Source: Bacteroidetes/Chlorobi group bacterium MS-B_bin-24 (lineage in GTDB: Bacteria > Bacteroidota > Ignavibacteria > Kapaibacteriales > UBA2268). From it: 64,000 nt of DNA. The stretch covers positions 11,753 through 75,752 of the forward strand of contig RCNO01000006.1 in NCBI GenBank assembly GCA_003731685.1. Reading direction: 5' to 3'. A model generated the notes under the pieces. It did not search any database and had not been told where the DNA came from. It worked only from the letters and a program-made list of their open reading frames with translations. This document shows positions 48,320 through 57,284 of the stretch, in pieces (within the stretch, counting starts at the first letter, position 1; every line of letters starts with the position of its first letter). The translations under genes were made by a program, and so were the position numbers.

Positions 48320-48340
48320 TTTTTTGGAAAGGAGACAATA

Positions 48341-48661
48341 ATGTTGGCATTTGCAAATCTATTGGCATTTATGCCGCCACAGGGCGGAGCACAGAATTCT
48401 GGCGGGGGTATGCTTGTCACCCTAATTATGTTTGCTTCGATTTTTTTGATTATGTATTTCTTGATGATTCGACCTGCTCAGAAACGTCAAAAGGAACACC
48501 AGAAGATGCTCGAAAGCCTTAAGAAAGGCGATCGCGTCATCACTTCCGCTGGAATTCACGGCACAATAGTCGATATGGATGGCTCCACGGTAACGCTTCA
48601 AGTTTCCGACGGATGCAAAATCCAATTCGAAAAGACTGCGATAGCTGGGAAGAAGCAATAG
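48341..48661 (+). CDS. yajC: Preprotein translocase subunit YajC
   Basis: Single TM followed by [36 protein letters not shown], the canonical YajC pattern. Confidence 0.9.
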   Translation: MLAFANLLAFMPPQGGAQNSGGGMLVTLIMFASIFLIMYFLMIRPAQKRQKEHQKMLESLKKGDRVITSAGIHGTIVDMDGSTVTLQVSDGCKIQFEKTAIAGKKQ

Positions 48662-48672
48662 TTTCTTTTGGT

Positions 48673-49884
48673 ATGGACAGCATTGAAGAGGCTCTAAAAG
48701 ATTTAGCTTCGGGCAAGATGGTCATCGTTGTCGACGACGAGGACCGCGAAAACGAAGGCGATTTAATCGCTGCTTCGGAACTTTGCACGCCCGAGACAAT
48801 AAATTTTATGGCTACTTACGCCCGTGGCTTGATTTGTGTCGCTATTACCGAAGACCGAGCCAAAGAACTCGATTTGGACATTATGGTTCGAGAAAGCACC
48901 GGCTTGCACGGCACCCGCTTCACTATCTCGGTCGATTATATACACGGAACTACGACGGGAATATCTGCCTTCGACAGGGCGAAAACCGTCAGAGCCCTTG
49001 TTAATCCCAATACAAAGCCGTCGGACTTGGCTCGCCCGGGTCATATTTTCCCGCTGATTGCCGTCCGCGAAGGTGTTCTCCGCCGCGCCGGGCATACCGA
49101 AGCAGCGGTCGATTTGATGCGGCTAGCTGGACTTTATCCATCGGGAGTTCTGTGCGAAATTATTAACGACGACGGGACAATGGCTCGGCGTCCCGATTTG
49201 GAAAAGTTTGCACAAAAGCATAATCTAAAAATCATAACAGTTCAAGATTTAATTGCTTATCGGTTTAAACGGGACAAACTTGTTAAATGCGTTGCTTCGG
49301 CATCACTTCCCACACGCTTTGGCGATTTTGTTGTTAAAGTATACAAAAACATAGTCGACAACAAGGAGCACGTTGCTTTGATAAAAGGAAGCTGGCAGCC
49401 CGATGAGCCAATTCTTGTACGTGTTCATTCAGAATGTTTGACGGGCGATGTATTCGGTTCGCTTCGTTGCGATTGCGGCGACCAGCTCCACACGGCTTTG
49501 CAAAAAATTTCTGCCGAAGGCAAAGGAGTCCTGCTTTATATGAGGCAAGAGGGGCGCGATATTGGTCTGGTTAACAAAATCAAGGCATATGCTTTGCAGG
49601 AACAAGGCTACGACACCGTCGAAGCAAATCTTATGCTTGGATTTCAGCCCGACCCACGAGATTATGGCATCGGTGCTCAAATCCTTGCCGATATTGGCGT
49701 ACGAAAGATGAAACTTATGACCAATAACCCCAAGAAGCGTGTTGGATTAACAGGCTACGGTCTCGAAGTTGTCGAACTTGTTCCTTTGCAGATTCCACCA
49801 AATGATAAAAATTTTAATTATCTCCTTACCAAAAAGATAAAACTTGGACATCTATTGGATAATTTGGATAATGTCAATGAATAA
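48673..49884 (+). CDS. ribBA: Bifunctional 3,4-dihydroxy-2-butanone-4-phosphate synthase / GTP cyclohydrolase II
   Basis: [14 protein letters not shown] (RibB) and [24 protein letters not shown] (RibA zinc site). Start set at MDSIEEAL (48673). Confidence 0.9.
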   Translation: MDSIEEALKDLASGKMVIVVDDEDRENEGDLIAASELCTPETINFMATYARGLICVAITEDRAKELDLDIMVRESTGLHGTRFTISVDYIHGTTTGISAFDRAKTVRALVNPNTKPSDLARPGHIFPLIAVREGVLRRAGHTEAAVDLMRLAGLYPSGVLCEIINDDGTMARRPDLEKFAQKHNLKIITVQDLIAYRFKRDKLVKCVASASLPTRFGDFVVKVYKNIVDNKEHVALIKGSWQPDEPILVRVHSECLTGDVFGSLRCDCGDQLHTALQKISAEGKGVLLYMRQEGRDIGLVNKIKAYALQEQGYDTVEANLMLGFQPDPRDYGIGAQILADIGVRKMKLMTNNPKKRVGLTGYGLEVVELVPLQIPPNDKNFNYLLTKKIKLGHLLDNLDNVNE

Positions 49885-49897
49885 ATTAGGAGATTCT

Positions 49898-50629
49898 ATG
49901 TTCTATCGGATTCTTTTAGCAGCATTTTTGGCTGTTTGTTTGTTCGATGCAAGTAGCGCATCTGCTCAACCCAAATTAAAAACACACAACGACACAACTG
50001 CCTACTCTGTTGGTTTCAACGTAGGCCGAAGCATTTTCAATCAAGTTAACTTCGACTCTCTCAACTTAAACTTCAACATAATTCTGGCGGGCATTCAGGA
50101 TGGGATTTTACAAAAGCAACCACAACTGCCCGATTCAGTTATTCAAAAATATCTTGCAGAATTGCAATCGAAGCTCGAAAAGCGAAGAAAAGAGCAAATG
50201 GAAGCCCGAGAAAAAGAATTGAAAAAACAGGCAGAGGAAAATCTTAAGAAGGCAAATGAGTTTTTGAAAGAAAATAAAAACAAAGAAGGTGTTACCGAAA
50301 CCGCTTCGGGCTTGCAATTCAAAGTTCTTAAACTTGGAAGCGGGAAAAAGCCCGTTGCTACAAGCAAAGTCAAAGTCCACTACAAAGGAACTCTGCTCGA
50401 TGGCACAGTTTTCGATGAATCTTATTCGCGTGGGGAACCAATGGAATTTGAATTGGATAAAGTCATTCGAGGATTCCAAGAGGGGTTGATGCTTATGCCT
50501 GCTGGAAGCAAATTCGTTTTCTACATTCCACCATCACTTGGGTATGGCGACCGTGTTGTGGGCAAAATTCCACCAAACTCGCTCCTTATCTTCGAAGTCG
50601 AACTCTTCGACGTAAAAGATATGCAATAG
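49898..50629 (+). CDS. FKBP-type peptidyl-prolyl cis-trans isomerase (FkpA/Mip-like, secreted)
   Basis: Signal peptide MFYRILLAAFLAVCLFDASSASA, coiled-coil dimerisation region, FKBP core VKVHYKGTLLDGTVFDES...IRGFQEGL...PPSLGYG. aggag RBS 6 nt upstream of 49898. Confidence 0.85.
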   Translation: MFYRILLAAFLAVCLFDASSASAQPKLKTHNDTTAYSVGFNVGRSIFNQVNFDSLNLNFNIILAGIQDGILQKQPQLPDSVIQKYLAELQSKLEKRRKEQMEAREKELKKQAEENLKKANEFLKENKNKEGVTETASGLQFKVLKLGSGKKPVATSKVKVHYKGTLLDGTVFDESYSRGEPMEFELDKVIRGFQEGLMLMPAGSKFVFYIPPSLGYGDRVVGKIPPNSLLIFEVELFDVKDMQ

Positions 50630-50655
50630 CATAAGCATTTGGAAATTTTGAGAAT

Positions 50656-50688
50656 AGGCTATCTCGCAACCCGAGATAGCCTTTTTTA
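50656..50688 (+). terminator. Rho-independent terminator downstream of the FKBP gene
   Basis: aggctatctcg-caacc-cgagatagcct (11-bp perfect stem) followed by tttttt. Confidence 0.85.
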
Positions 50689-50838
50689 GTTCTATTTAAG
50701 AACTTAGAAATTTTAAAGATGGAAATTTGTATTTTCCAATTCAGTTTCTTTGGGTTGAAGATTGGGTAGTAACTTTGGTAGATGTTTTACTCTGCTCTTT
50801 GAACAACATTATGCAAACTTGAACAGGAAACTCGCGTC

Positions 50839-50870
50839 AGACATCCGATGTTTTAAAACATCGGATGTCT
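50839..50870. repeat. Nested-palindrome hairpin repeat (family 1, copy I, swapped-centre flavour)
   Basis: agacatccgatgtttt|aaaacatcggatgtct is a perfect 32-nt palindrome. The central bases are C in the left arm and G in the right arm, the reverse of copies B, C, E, G and H. Followed by ttt. Confidence 0.9.
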
Positions 50871-50906
50871 TTTCAAAAAGTGGTTATGGCTTTTGGATTT
50901 TTTATC

Positions 50907-50939
50907 ACCCACCGGATATTTGCGAAACACCCGATGTCT
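50907..50939. repeat. Degenerate family-1 hairpin copy (J)
   Basis: ccaccggatattt-gcg-aaacacccgatgtct. The right arm matches the consensus except for one base; the left arm carries several substitutions. Confidence 0.5.
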
Positions 50940-50950
50940 GTTGAACACTT

Positions 50951-50983
50951 AGATATGCCAAATTTACGAGTTTTGGCATATCT
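50951..50983. terminator. 12-bp perfect hairpin downstream of cutA (possible terminator)
   Basis: agatatgccaaa-tttacgagt-tttggcatatct, 24 nt beyond the cutA stop on the minus strand. There is no clear U-tract, so confidence is low. Confidence 0.4.
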
Positions 50984-51006
50984 GGGAAAATTCCCCTAAC
51001 TTATTT

Positions 51007-51327
51007 TTATTTTGTTACTTCTCGGAGCCAGTTGAGGTATTCGGGCAACCCGTCTTGAATTTCCAGGGCGATAATTTCGGGAACTTGGTCTGTGTGGAGC
51101 TCCTTGATTCGTTTTTTTAGCGATTCGAACTTGTCTTTCGTTGTCTTTATCACCAGAAGATTTTCCTTTCGTTCTTCCACTTTGCCTTCCCATTCGAATA
51201 CAGAAGTAATATTTTGAATAATCGAGCAACAACCAGCAAGTTTTTCCGTGATAAGCACTTTGGCTATTTGATGGGCATTGAAATAATTTTCTATTGTCGT
51301 ATAAACAATAATAAATTCTGTTTCCAT
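51007..51327 (-). CDS. cutA: Divalent-cation tolerance protein CutA
   Basis: 106 aa. VYTTIENYFNAHQIAKVLITEKLAGCCSIIQNITSVFEWEGKVE matches the CutA1 fold signature (AAC..I....S.Y.W.G). Confidence 0.85.
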   Translation of the reverse strand: METEFIIVYTTIENYFNAHQIAKVLITEKLAGCCSIIQNITSVFEWEGKVEERKENLLVIKTTKDKFESLKKRIKELHTDQVPEIIALEIQDGLPEYLNWLREVTK

Positions 51328-51371
51328 ATTTCTAATTTTGCATTTTATTCAGATGCAATTTAATATTTTTT

Positions 51372-51656
51372 ATGATTGAAATATTATTATTCTATTTTCA
51401 TATTCTTGCTTGGATATATGCTTTTACGAAAGTATGGCAGGAACGGGGAACGAAAAGCGCATTCCTGTCGCTGGCAATACTTGGCTTTGTATTCATAACA
51501 TTATGGACATTGACGAGCCCGTTAGCTCGATTGATTTTCCCCGAGACACACAAGTCCCCGTATTTTACCGCCGACACATTGTCGCTAATACTCGCAGTTA
51601 TCCCCGAAAGCATCTTCTACTACTTTTACTTTATCAAAGCAAAATTTGGGAAGTAG
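51372..51656 (+). CDS. Small hypothetical membrane protein (3 TM)
   Basis: 94-aa ORF with three hydrophobic segments. No recognisable motifs. Confidence 0.45.
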   Translation: MIEILLFYFHILAWIYAFTKVWQERGTKSAFLSLAILGFVFITLWTLTSPLARLIFPETHKSPYFTADTLSLILAVIPESIFYYFYFIKAKFGK

Positions 51657-51817
51657 GATAGCAAAATTTCAATTGAAAATGACTTCCAAACCAAATCTAA
51701 AAATTTAAAGATTGAGAAATTTCAAAATATCGCAAAAACAAGTAGCCCCTTGCAGGTGTGTTTGTTTATGAAGATAATCTTTTTGCTCACAAAAGATTTT
51801 TTGATTTTTGTTAGTGT

Positions 51818-52897
51818 TTATTCAAGTTTTATCTCGCATATATATAAATCATTCACTTGAACTTTGAAATTATTAGTTTCAGCTTCATCTTTAAGTTTTT
51901 TTAAAACCTCAATCTGTTTTTGGCTTAGGGCATCTCTTGAAACTTTTTTTCTGCTAGTGAGCTTTAATATAGGGACAGGGAAATATTGTCTACCCCCTAC
52001 TTTAACTTCATTAAGATTGGTAAATAACATCATTTTTAGCAAGCCATCTTTGATATCTTCCGATGAAGGAATCAAACCTTGCTTACTATGTTTGCCTTCA
52101 ACTAAATAAATTGAATTATCAACAATTTTAACCTCATCGCAAGTGAAGAAGTAACAACCACCAAGAAAATTTTTAATCGTCAAAGTTGCTTTGGTTCCCG
52201 AAAGATTTTCTTTGGGTTGAACTGTTAATGCTTCTCTTTTCTGTGCTTCCTCTGCCAAATTCCTGGATAACTTCATAAATTCATCCTTACTTTTATAAAG
52301 CTGATTTAGTCTCTTATTAGCAACATTTAAAGAGTGCATTTCAACCTTAGAGTCCATTGAAATTTGTTCGTAAGAAGCTATAGCCATTCGGGCAATTTCA
52401 TTAACTTTTTCGACTTGCGAGAGATTCCAATGTAATGCATCAGAATGGTAATTTTGAAGATTTTTCAACTCTTTTTGAAGATATGCAAAATCGAATTTCT
52501 GATGGGTAATTTTGTTGGCATACTTCGAACTTTTTTCAGCCTTTGCATAATAGCCAATAATAACATAAATACCTAACAAGCTCATAAGAGAAATCGTGTC
52601 CCATTGTAAAAAATCCCTTTCCCCATCTTTCCCTTCGTCTTTCATAATAGGTATAATTGTTACTTTTTTACCTGCGAAACATAAAGTGTCATAAACTCTG
52701 GAATAAGGATAGGACCTTGTCCTTTTTGGAGATACCCACCAACTAACAGCAATTTGGTTCTCTTCATCTAAAAATAAAAGGAAGGACCCATCTTGGGATA
52801 CAGCTATTTCTATTTCTGATAATTGATAATGATTCAAAGTACGGCAAAGTTTGGGCACGTAATTTATACCGTCTGTAATTTCAGCCCACACATCCAT
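51818..52897 (-). CDS. Putative type II restriction endonuclease (PD-(D/E)xK)
   Basis: Overlaps the upstream methyltransferase gene by 17 nt. Candidate catalytic core CDEVKIVDNSIYLVEGKHSK (D...E-x-K). AT-rich relative to flanking genes. Confidence 0.6.
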   Translation of the reverse strand: MDVWAEITDGINYVPKLCRTLNHYQLSEIEIAVSQDGSFLLFLDEENQIAVSWWVSPKRTRSYPYSRVYDTLCFAGKKVTIIPIMKDEGKDGERDFLQWDTISLMSLLGIYVIIGYYAKAEKSSKYANKITHQKFDFAYLQKELKNLQNYHSDALHWNLSQVEKVNEIARMAIASYEQISMDSKVEMHSLNVANKRLNQLYKSKDEFMKLSRNLAEEAQKREALTVQPKENLSGTKATLTIKNFLGGCYFFTCDEVKIVDNSIYLVEGKHSKQGLIPSSEDIKDGLLKMMLFTNLNEVKVGGRQYFPVPILKLTSRKKVSRDALSQKQIEVLKKLKDEAETNNFKVQVNDLYICEIKLE

Positions 52898-53729
52898 ATT
52901 TCACATTTTCTCTAACTATAATTTCTAAGGTATCACCTTGTTCATCAAGGGACAATTGACCATCGAAACCAATTTTTTTCTTTATAATTGGTATTAAAGA
53001 TTTTTTAATTTCTATCCCAATACTATTTCGTCCAAGTTGCCGTGCTACTTTCATTGTTGTTCCACTTCCAACAAATGGATCTAAAACAGTTTCGCCGACG
53101 TAAGAAAATAGTTTAATTATTCTGTATGGTAATTCTTCGGGGAATGCAGCTATTTCTTTCTCTAATGGTGAACCCGGTAAAACATTTGTCATCTCCCATA
53201 AAGTCATATACCATTTGTTTTCAGAAAATTCTTTCGTATCAATTTTTGATGCTTCTTTTATATCTTTGGGTATTAAACGATAATCGAATGTACCTTTTTG
53301 AAAAATCAAAATACTTTCCAAAAGATTATCGGGGTAAAAATACATTGGATAAGGATTTTGTAGTAATACACCGCTTCTTTTACTTATTCTTAAATATCCA
53401 TCGGGTTTTTTCCATATGATTCTATCTCGATATCTAAATCCAGCAGATTGGAAAATTTTAGTGGCATCTGCAACAATTGGAAATTTTTCGCCATTGACAA
53501 GCATATCATCAATGTTAAGCACTGCAATTCGCCCCTTTTTCAATACTCTATAAGTTTCTTTGGCAACTCTATTTAATACCCCTAAATATTGGTCGTAGTT
53601 TTTGAAAAGTCCTTTATAATCATAGGGCGCATTGAAATAAGGTGGCGAGGTTACCATAAGGTGAACAGATTCGTCTTGTATTTCCTCCATACTCATCGAA
53701 TTGCCAATGATTAATTTGTGCTGGGTCAT
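52881..53729 (-). CDS. DNA methyltransferase, beta-class amino-MTase (N4-cytosine or N6-adenine)
   Basis: Motif IV SPPY (MVTSPPYFNAPYDY) lies N-terminal to motif I DPFVGSGTT, which is the beta-class permutation. SPPY is more common in N4-cytosine enzymes. Confidence 0.85.
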   Translation of the reverse strand: MTQHKLIIGNSMSMEEIQDESVHLMVTSPPYFNAPYDYKGLFKNYDQYLGVLNRVAKETYRVLKKGRIAVLNIDDMLVNGEKFPIVADATKIFQSAGFRYRDRIIWKKPDGYLRISKRSGVLLQNPYPMYFYPDNLLESILIFQKGTFDYRLIPKDIKEASKIDTKEFSENKWYMTLWEMTNVLPGSPLEKEIAAFPEELPYRIIKLFSYVGETVLDPFVGSGTTMKVARQLGRNSIGIEIKKSLIPIIKKKIGFDGQLSLDEQGDTLEIIVRENVKYGCVG

Positions 53730-53927
53730 AATTTTATTTTCCTATTTTAATCTTATTAATATCCGAAATTGTTTCTCTTCTATTGTGATTATCCACAACA
53801 GTTTTATTTTTTCATCAATTTTTGATGCACATATCAAAATTAATTATCAACAAAACCAATTACCTTTGGGTTAATCCCAATTAACAATGAATTCCCTTTT
53901 TAAAATTGTATTGTACTCTATTTATTC

Positions 53928-54320
53928 CTACTCAACTACTTTGGCTTTGTAGCCGTAGTTGATTATTCCGCTGGCTCCTTCTTCCATAATCTTTCGGAAG
54001 ACGAATTCGACCCGAGCCCCGATTTTTAAATCCTCGAATTTCGTGTCGGTTATCATTGCTGTAACTCGGGCGCCCTCGTCGGTTTCGATTATTGCTACTG
54101 CATAAGGAGTTAGTAGTTTAAATTGGTCGCTCGTGACGTGAATGATTGTGTATGTTAGGATTTTTCCCGTGCCTTTGAGATTTATTTTTTCGAATTCTTT
54201 CTTTCCCGAAATTGGGTCGCAATAACGGCGTGAAAGCGAAACAAACCCGCTTGGAAACTTTTGTGCTTCCAATCGGTAACGATGTGGTATCTCCCTTGTA
54301 TATCTCTGACTGTTTGCCAT
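53928..54320 (-). CDS. DUF35-type OB-fold protein (scaffold of the thiolase/HMG-CoA synthase complex), apparently lacking the Zn-ribbon cysteines
   Basis: About 130 aa directly after the thiolase gene (the thiolase stop at 54322 is 2 nt from this start). OB-fold-like GKILTYTIIH...PYAVAIIETDEGARVTAMI. Only one Cys in the whole protein. Confidence 0.7.
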   Translation of the reverse strand: MANSQRYTREIPHRYRLEAQKFPSGFVSLSRRYCDPISGKKEFEKINLKGTGKILTYTIIHVTSDQFKLLTPYAVAIIETDEGARVTAMITDTKFEDLKIGARVEFVFRKIMEEGASGIINYGYKAKVVE

Positions 54321-54321
54321 T

Positions 54322-55470
54322 TTACATTCCCTCCAAAATATGAATAACACAACTACCACCAGAACCGCCCATATTTTGGGTTAACCCCAACCGGGCATTA
54401 GGAACTTGCCGTTTGCCAGCTTGGTTTGTCAATTGAAGATATGCTTCGATGAGTTGTGCAACACCAGTAGCACCAACAGGATGCCCTTTGGCTTTTAAGC
54501 CACCGCTGGAATTAATAACAACTTTACCACCATAGGTTGCTTGACCTTCGGCAATGGCTTTGCCGGCGGTGCCATATTCGAAAAAGCCAAGTTCTTCGGC
54601 AACAACAATTTCGGCAATCGAGAAGCAATCGTGAACCTCAGCAAAATCAATATCGTTTGGGGAAACCCCGGCCATTTGGTAAGCGCGTTGGGCTGCCAAG
54701 TGGACTGCTTCCAGCCGTGTCAAATCTTTATGGTCGTGCAAAGCAATTGGTCCGCTTGCCACTCCAACACCGCGTATTTTTACATATTTGTCTGTAAATT
54801 CTTTCGCCCTGTCCAATGGACAAAGAATCAAGCAAGCGGCTCCGTCGGTGATTGGGGAACAATCGAGCAGGCGCAGTGGGTCCGCAACCATCGAAGAATT
54901 CAGCACCTGCTTCAAGTCAATCTCGAAGGGATACTGTGCATTGGGATTATTCACAGCGTGCTTGTGATTCTTTATAGGCACTTGGGCAAGCTCTTCGCGA
55001 GTTAATCCATATCTATCCATATATGCACGGGCAATCATAGCATAAAGCCCCGGGAAGGTAACTCCGTTGTAAACTTCGTATTCTTGGTCGGCTGCGGTGG
55101 CAAGGACAAATGTGCCATCCTCGACATCCCACATTTTCTCGACTCCGCCTACCAGAACGATGTCGTGCATACCCGAAGCAACGTCCATAAAGCCTAAACG
55201 CACTGCTTGCCCACCAGAAGCACAAGCCGATTCAACACGAACAGCTGGAACCCCTACTTGGCCAAGATAATCAGCCATCAAAGAGCCCAGATGCTCCTGA
55301 TAGGCATAGAGACCACTGGACATTGCCCCAACATACAAAGCGTCGATTTTATCGACCTTTGCATTTTCTATTGCTTTTAATCCGGCTTCGGCGAACATAT
55401 CGCGAATGCTCTGGTCCCAAAGTTCGCCGAATTTTGTCATTCCAACTCCAATAATAGCAACTTCTCGCAT
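54322..55470 (-). CDS. Thiolase (archaeal-type acetyl-CoA acetyltransferase, SCP-x-like)
   Basis: Active-site region [10 protein letters not shown]-terminal GHPVGATG and NMGGSGGS motifs; 382 aa. Confidence 0.85.
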   Translation of the reverse strand: MREVAIIGVGMTKFGELWDQSIRDMFAEAGLKAIENAKVDKIDALYVGAMSSGLYAYQEHLGSLMADYLGQVGVPAVRVESACASGGQAVRLGFMDVASGMHDIVLVGGVEKMWDVEDGTFVLATAADQEYEVYNGVTFPGLYAMIARAYMDRYGLTREELAQVPIKNHKHAVNNPNAQYPFEIDLKQVLNSSMVADPLRLLDCSPITDGAACLILCPLDRAKEFTDKYVKIRGVGVASGPIALHDHKDLTRLEAVHLAAQRAYQMAGVSPNDIDFAEVHDCFSIAEIVVAEELGFFEYGTAGKAIAEGQATYGGKVVINSSGGLKAKGHPVGATGVAQLIEAYLQLTNQAGKRQVPNARLGLTQNMGGSGGSCVIHILEGM

Positions 55471-55491
55471 TTATTACCTCATTCCTTATTT

Positions 55492-56544
55492 TTAATACTC
55501 ATTAAAGTGAATTTTTTTGCGATAAGCGACATATTTGCCATAGTCGAGATAGACTTTGTGCGGAGTGTTCAGCATTTCCCTCGTTTTGGGTGCAAGATTT
55601 TGAACTTCAAGAATTTTATCGGTAACTTGGAAAATAAAGCCATCGCTACCAGCGCCCGAGCCAAACGAGACCATAAAAATTTTGTCGCCCGGTTTGGCTA
55701 CATCTAAAATTGCGGTTAGCCCTGTAATTGAGGAGCCCGAATAGGTATTTCCCATAATGTTTACAATCCATCCTTCGTTCATTTGCTCTTGCTTAAACCC
55801 CAACTCTTTTCCTGCTTTTAATGGAAAGCGACCGTTGGGCATATGGAAAACAGCATATTGAAAATCTTCGGGCTTCATACCGGACTTTTCGAGCAAAGCA
55901 CGCCCGCAACCAAGAATATGCTTAAAATATGCTGGTTCGCCGGTGAATCGCCCGCCGTGGCGTGGATACATTTGATATTCCCTACGCCAGAAATCCGCTG
56001 TGTCGGTGGTGAAGGAATGAGTGTAGAGAACTTCGGCTACAACATTTTCTCGTCCAAAAATGAAAGCCGAGCCGCCAGCGGAAGCACTATATTCAAGAGC
56101 ATCGCCGGGAGCACCTTGCGAAGTATCGGCACCAATGCCCATCGCATAATCCATATTCCCACTTTTAACGTGGCTATAAGCTACAAACATTGCTTCGGAA
56201 CCAGCTTTGCAAGCGAACTCGAAATCGGCAACGTGGACGTGTGGTCCAATACCGAGAGCATCGATAAGAACAGTTCCCGAAGGCTTAACAGCATAGGGAT
56301 GCGATTCAGAACCAATGTAAACAGCACCAATCTTCTGAGGGTCGATTCTCGCTCGTTTCAAAGCATTCTTTGCTGCGGCAATAGCAATTGTAATTGTGTC
56401 TTCGTCGGGACCCGGCACGGTTTTCTCCAAAAGCATAAGCCCTTTTTCAATCGAAGCCGGGTCGTCGCCCCATTGATTTGCTATCGTAGAACTTTTAATT
56501 CGATAGATGGGAACATAAGCCCCAAAGCCAACTATTCCAATCAT
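55492..56544 (-). CDS. Hydroxymethylglutaryl-CoA synthase (archaeal-type, about 350 aa)
   Basis: IGIVGFGAYVPIYRI start, active-site Cys context FEFACKAGSEA, VFHMPNG and SFGSGAGSD motifs. Operon order is HMGCS-thiolase-DUF35. Confidence 0.85.
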   Translation of the reverse strand: MIGIVGFGAYVPIYRIKSSTIANQWGDDPASIEKGLMLLEKTVPGPDEDTITIAIAAAKNALKRARIDPQKIGAVYIGSESHPYAVKPSGTVLIDALGIGPHVHVADFEFACKAGSEAMFVAYSHVKSGNMDYAMGIGADTSQGAPGDALEYSASAGGSAFIFGRENVVAEVLYTHSFTTDTADFWRREYQMYPRHGGRFTGEPAYFKHILGCGRALLEKSGMKPEDFQYAVFHMPNGRFPLKAGKELGFKQEQMNEGWIVNIMGNTYSGSSITGLTAILDVAKPGDKIFMVSFGSGAGSDGFIFQVTDKILEVQNLAPKTREMLNTPHKVYLDYGKYVAYRKKIHFNEY

Positions 56545-56566
56545 AATTCACCTTTTTTGTTAAACA

Positions 56567-57277
56567 TTATTTTGGTTTTATTTCCTTGAAAATAATTGTG
56601 ATTACTGGATTTGTCGAAGGCAATCCTTCGGCAGTTGCTTGGATCTTCCAGATAAAATTCAAAACATCTTTAATTTTATCTATGATTTTCATAACTTTCT
56701 CTTCGTAAAGTCCGTAGAGTAAGCCTGTGTAGCCAACTAAAGCCCAGAATTTATCGAAGTTCGGCATTTTGGGTTTCAAATCCCTTTTTAGAATACCAAG
56801 CAAATTTATCAATCGAGATTTCAAATTTCGCCTGATGTCGAAATTTTCGTTAATTGAGTCGATTACAGAATCCAATTTCCGATAAAGTGTGTTTAATTCG
56901 GAATCGGAAAGTGAATAAATAACCTCTTGGCTCAGCATCGATTCGAAGGCAACTTTCTTCTCTTCCAATTTCTTGAACGCCATAAAATCTTCGAGTTCTT
57001 CATTTATTTCTTTCTGGCGGTTCTCGAAAAAGTTGATGATTATGCCTGTGTTGATCTTCTTGTCGTTCGTAAGAGGGGGGAAAAGGATGTTCAATGAATG
57101 TTTCGCAGCGTAAACTTGGTAGAAGCTAAACAAGTCGAGAAAATCTTCGTAATATTTGTCGCGATTTGCGCTCTTGTTCGATTCTTCGAGGATTTTCGTA
57201 AACTCGTCGATAATCTTGGTTTCGGCAAGCAGTGGGTTAATTGGTAAATTTTCGATGAAACTTCTGTTGATTGGCAT
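56567..57277 (-). CDS. Hypothetical protein (predicted helical, no recognised motif)
   Basis: ORF between the acyl-CoA dehydrogenase and HMGCS genes on the same strand. Start moved to MPINRSF so it does not overlap the ACAD gene. Confidence 0.5.
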   Translation of the reverse strand: MPINRSFIENLPINPLLAETKIIDEFTKILEESNKSANRDKYYEDFLDLFSFYQVYAAKHSLNILFPPLTNDKKINTGIIINFFENRQKEINEELEDFMAFKKLEEKKVAFESMLSQEVIYSLSDSELNTLYRKLDSVIDSINENFDIRRNLKSRLINLLGILKRDLKPKMPNFDKFWALVGYTGLLYGLYEEKVMKIIDKIKDVLNFIWKIQATAEGLPSTNPVITIIFKEIKPK

Positions 57278-57284
57278 AAGCAAC

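Noticed and set aside
48662-48672. FMN riboswitch upstream of ribBA and cobalamin riboswitch upstream of icmF (59735..59763)
   Set aside because: The intergenic spaces are only 11 nt and 29 nt, far too short to hold either aptamer.
53818-53840. Small palindrome ttttgat-gcacat-atcaaaa upstream of the R-M methyltransferase as a C-box/operator
   Set aside because: The stem is only 7 bp in very AT-rich DNA, no controller protein gene is present, and there is no second copy. This could easily arise by chance.
55843-56589. Long antisense or alternative-frame ORFs inside well-supported genes: 248 aa opposite HMGCS, 211 aa at 38715..39350 opposite moxR, 189 aa at 11536..12105, 170 aa at 31226..31738, 176 aa at 58888..59418
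   Set aside because: Each is fully embedded in a gene with strong family motifs on the other strand or frame. The translations are low-complexity or Ser/Arg/Cys-rich with no motifs. These are typical shadow ORFs.
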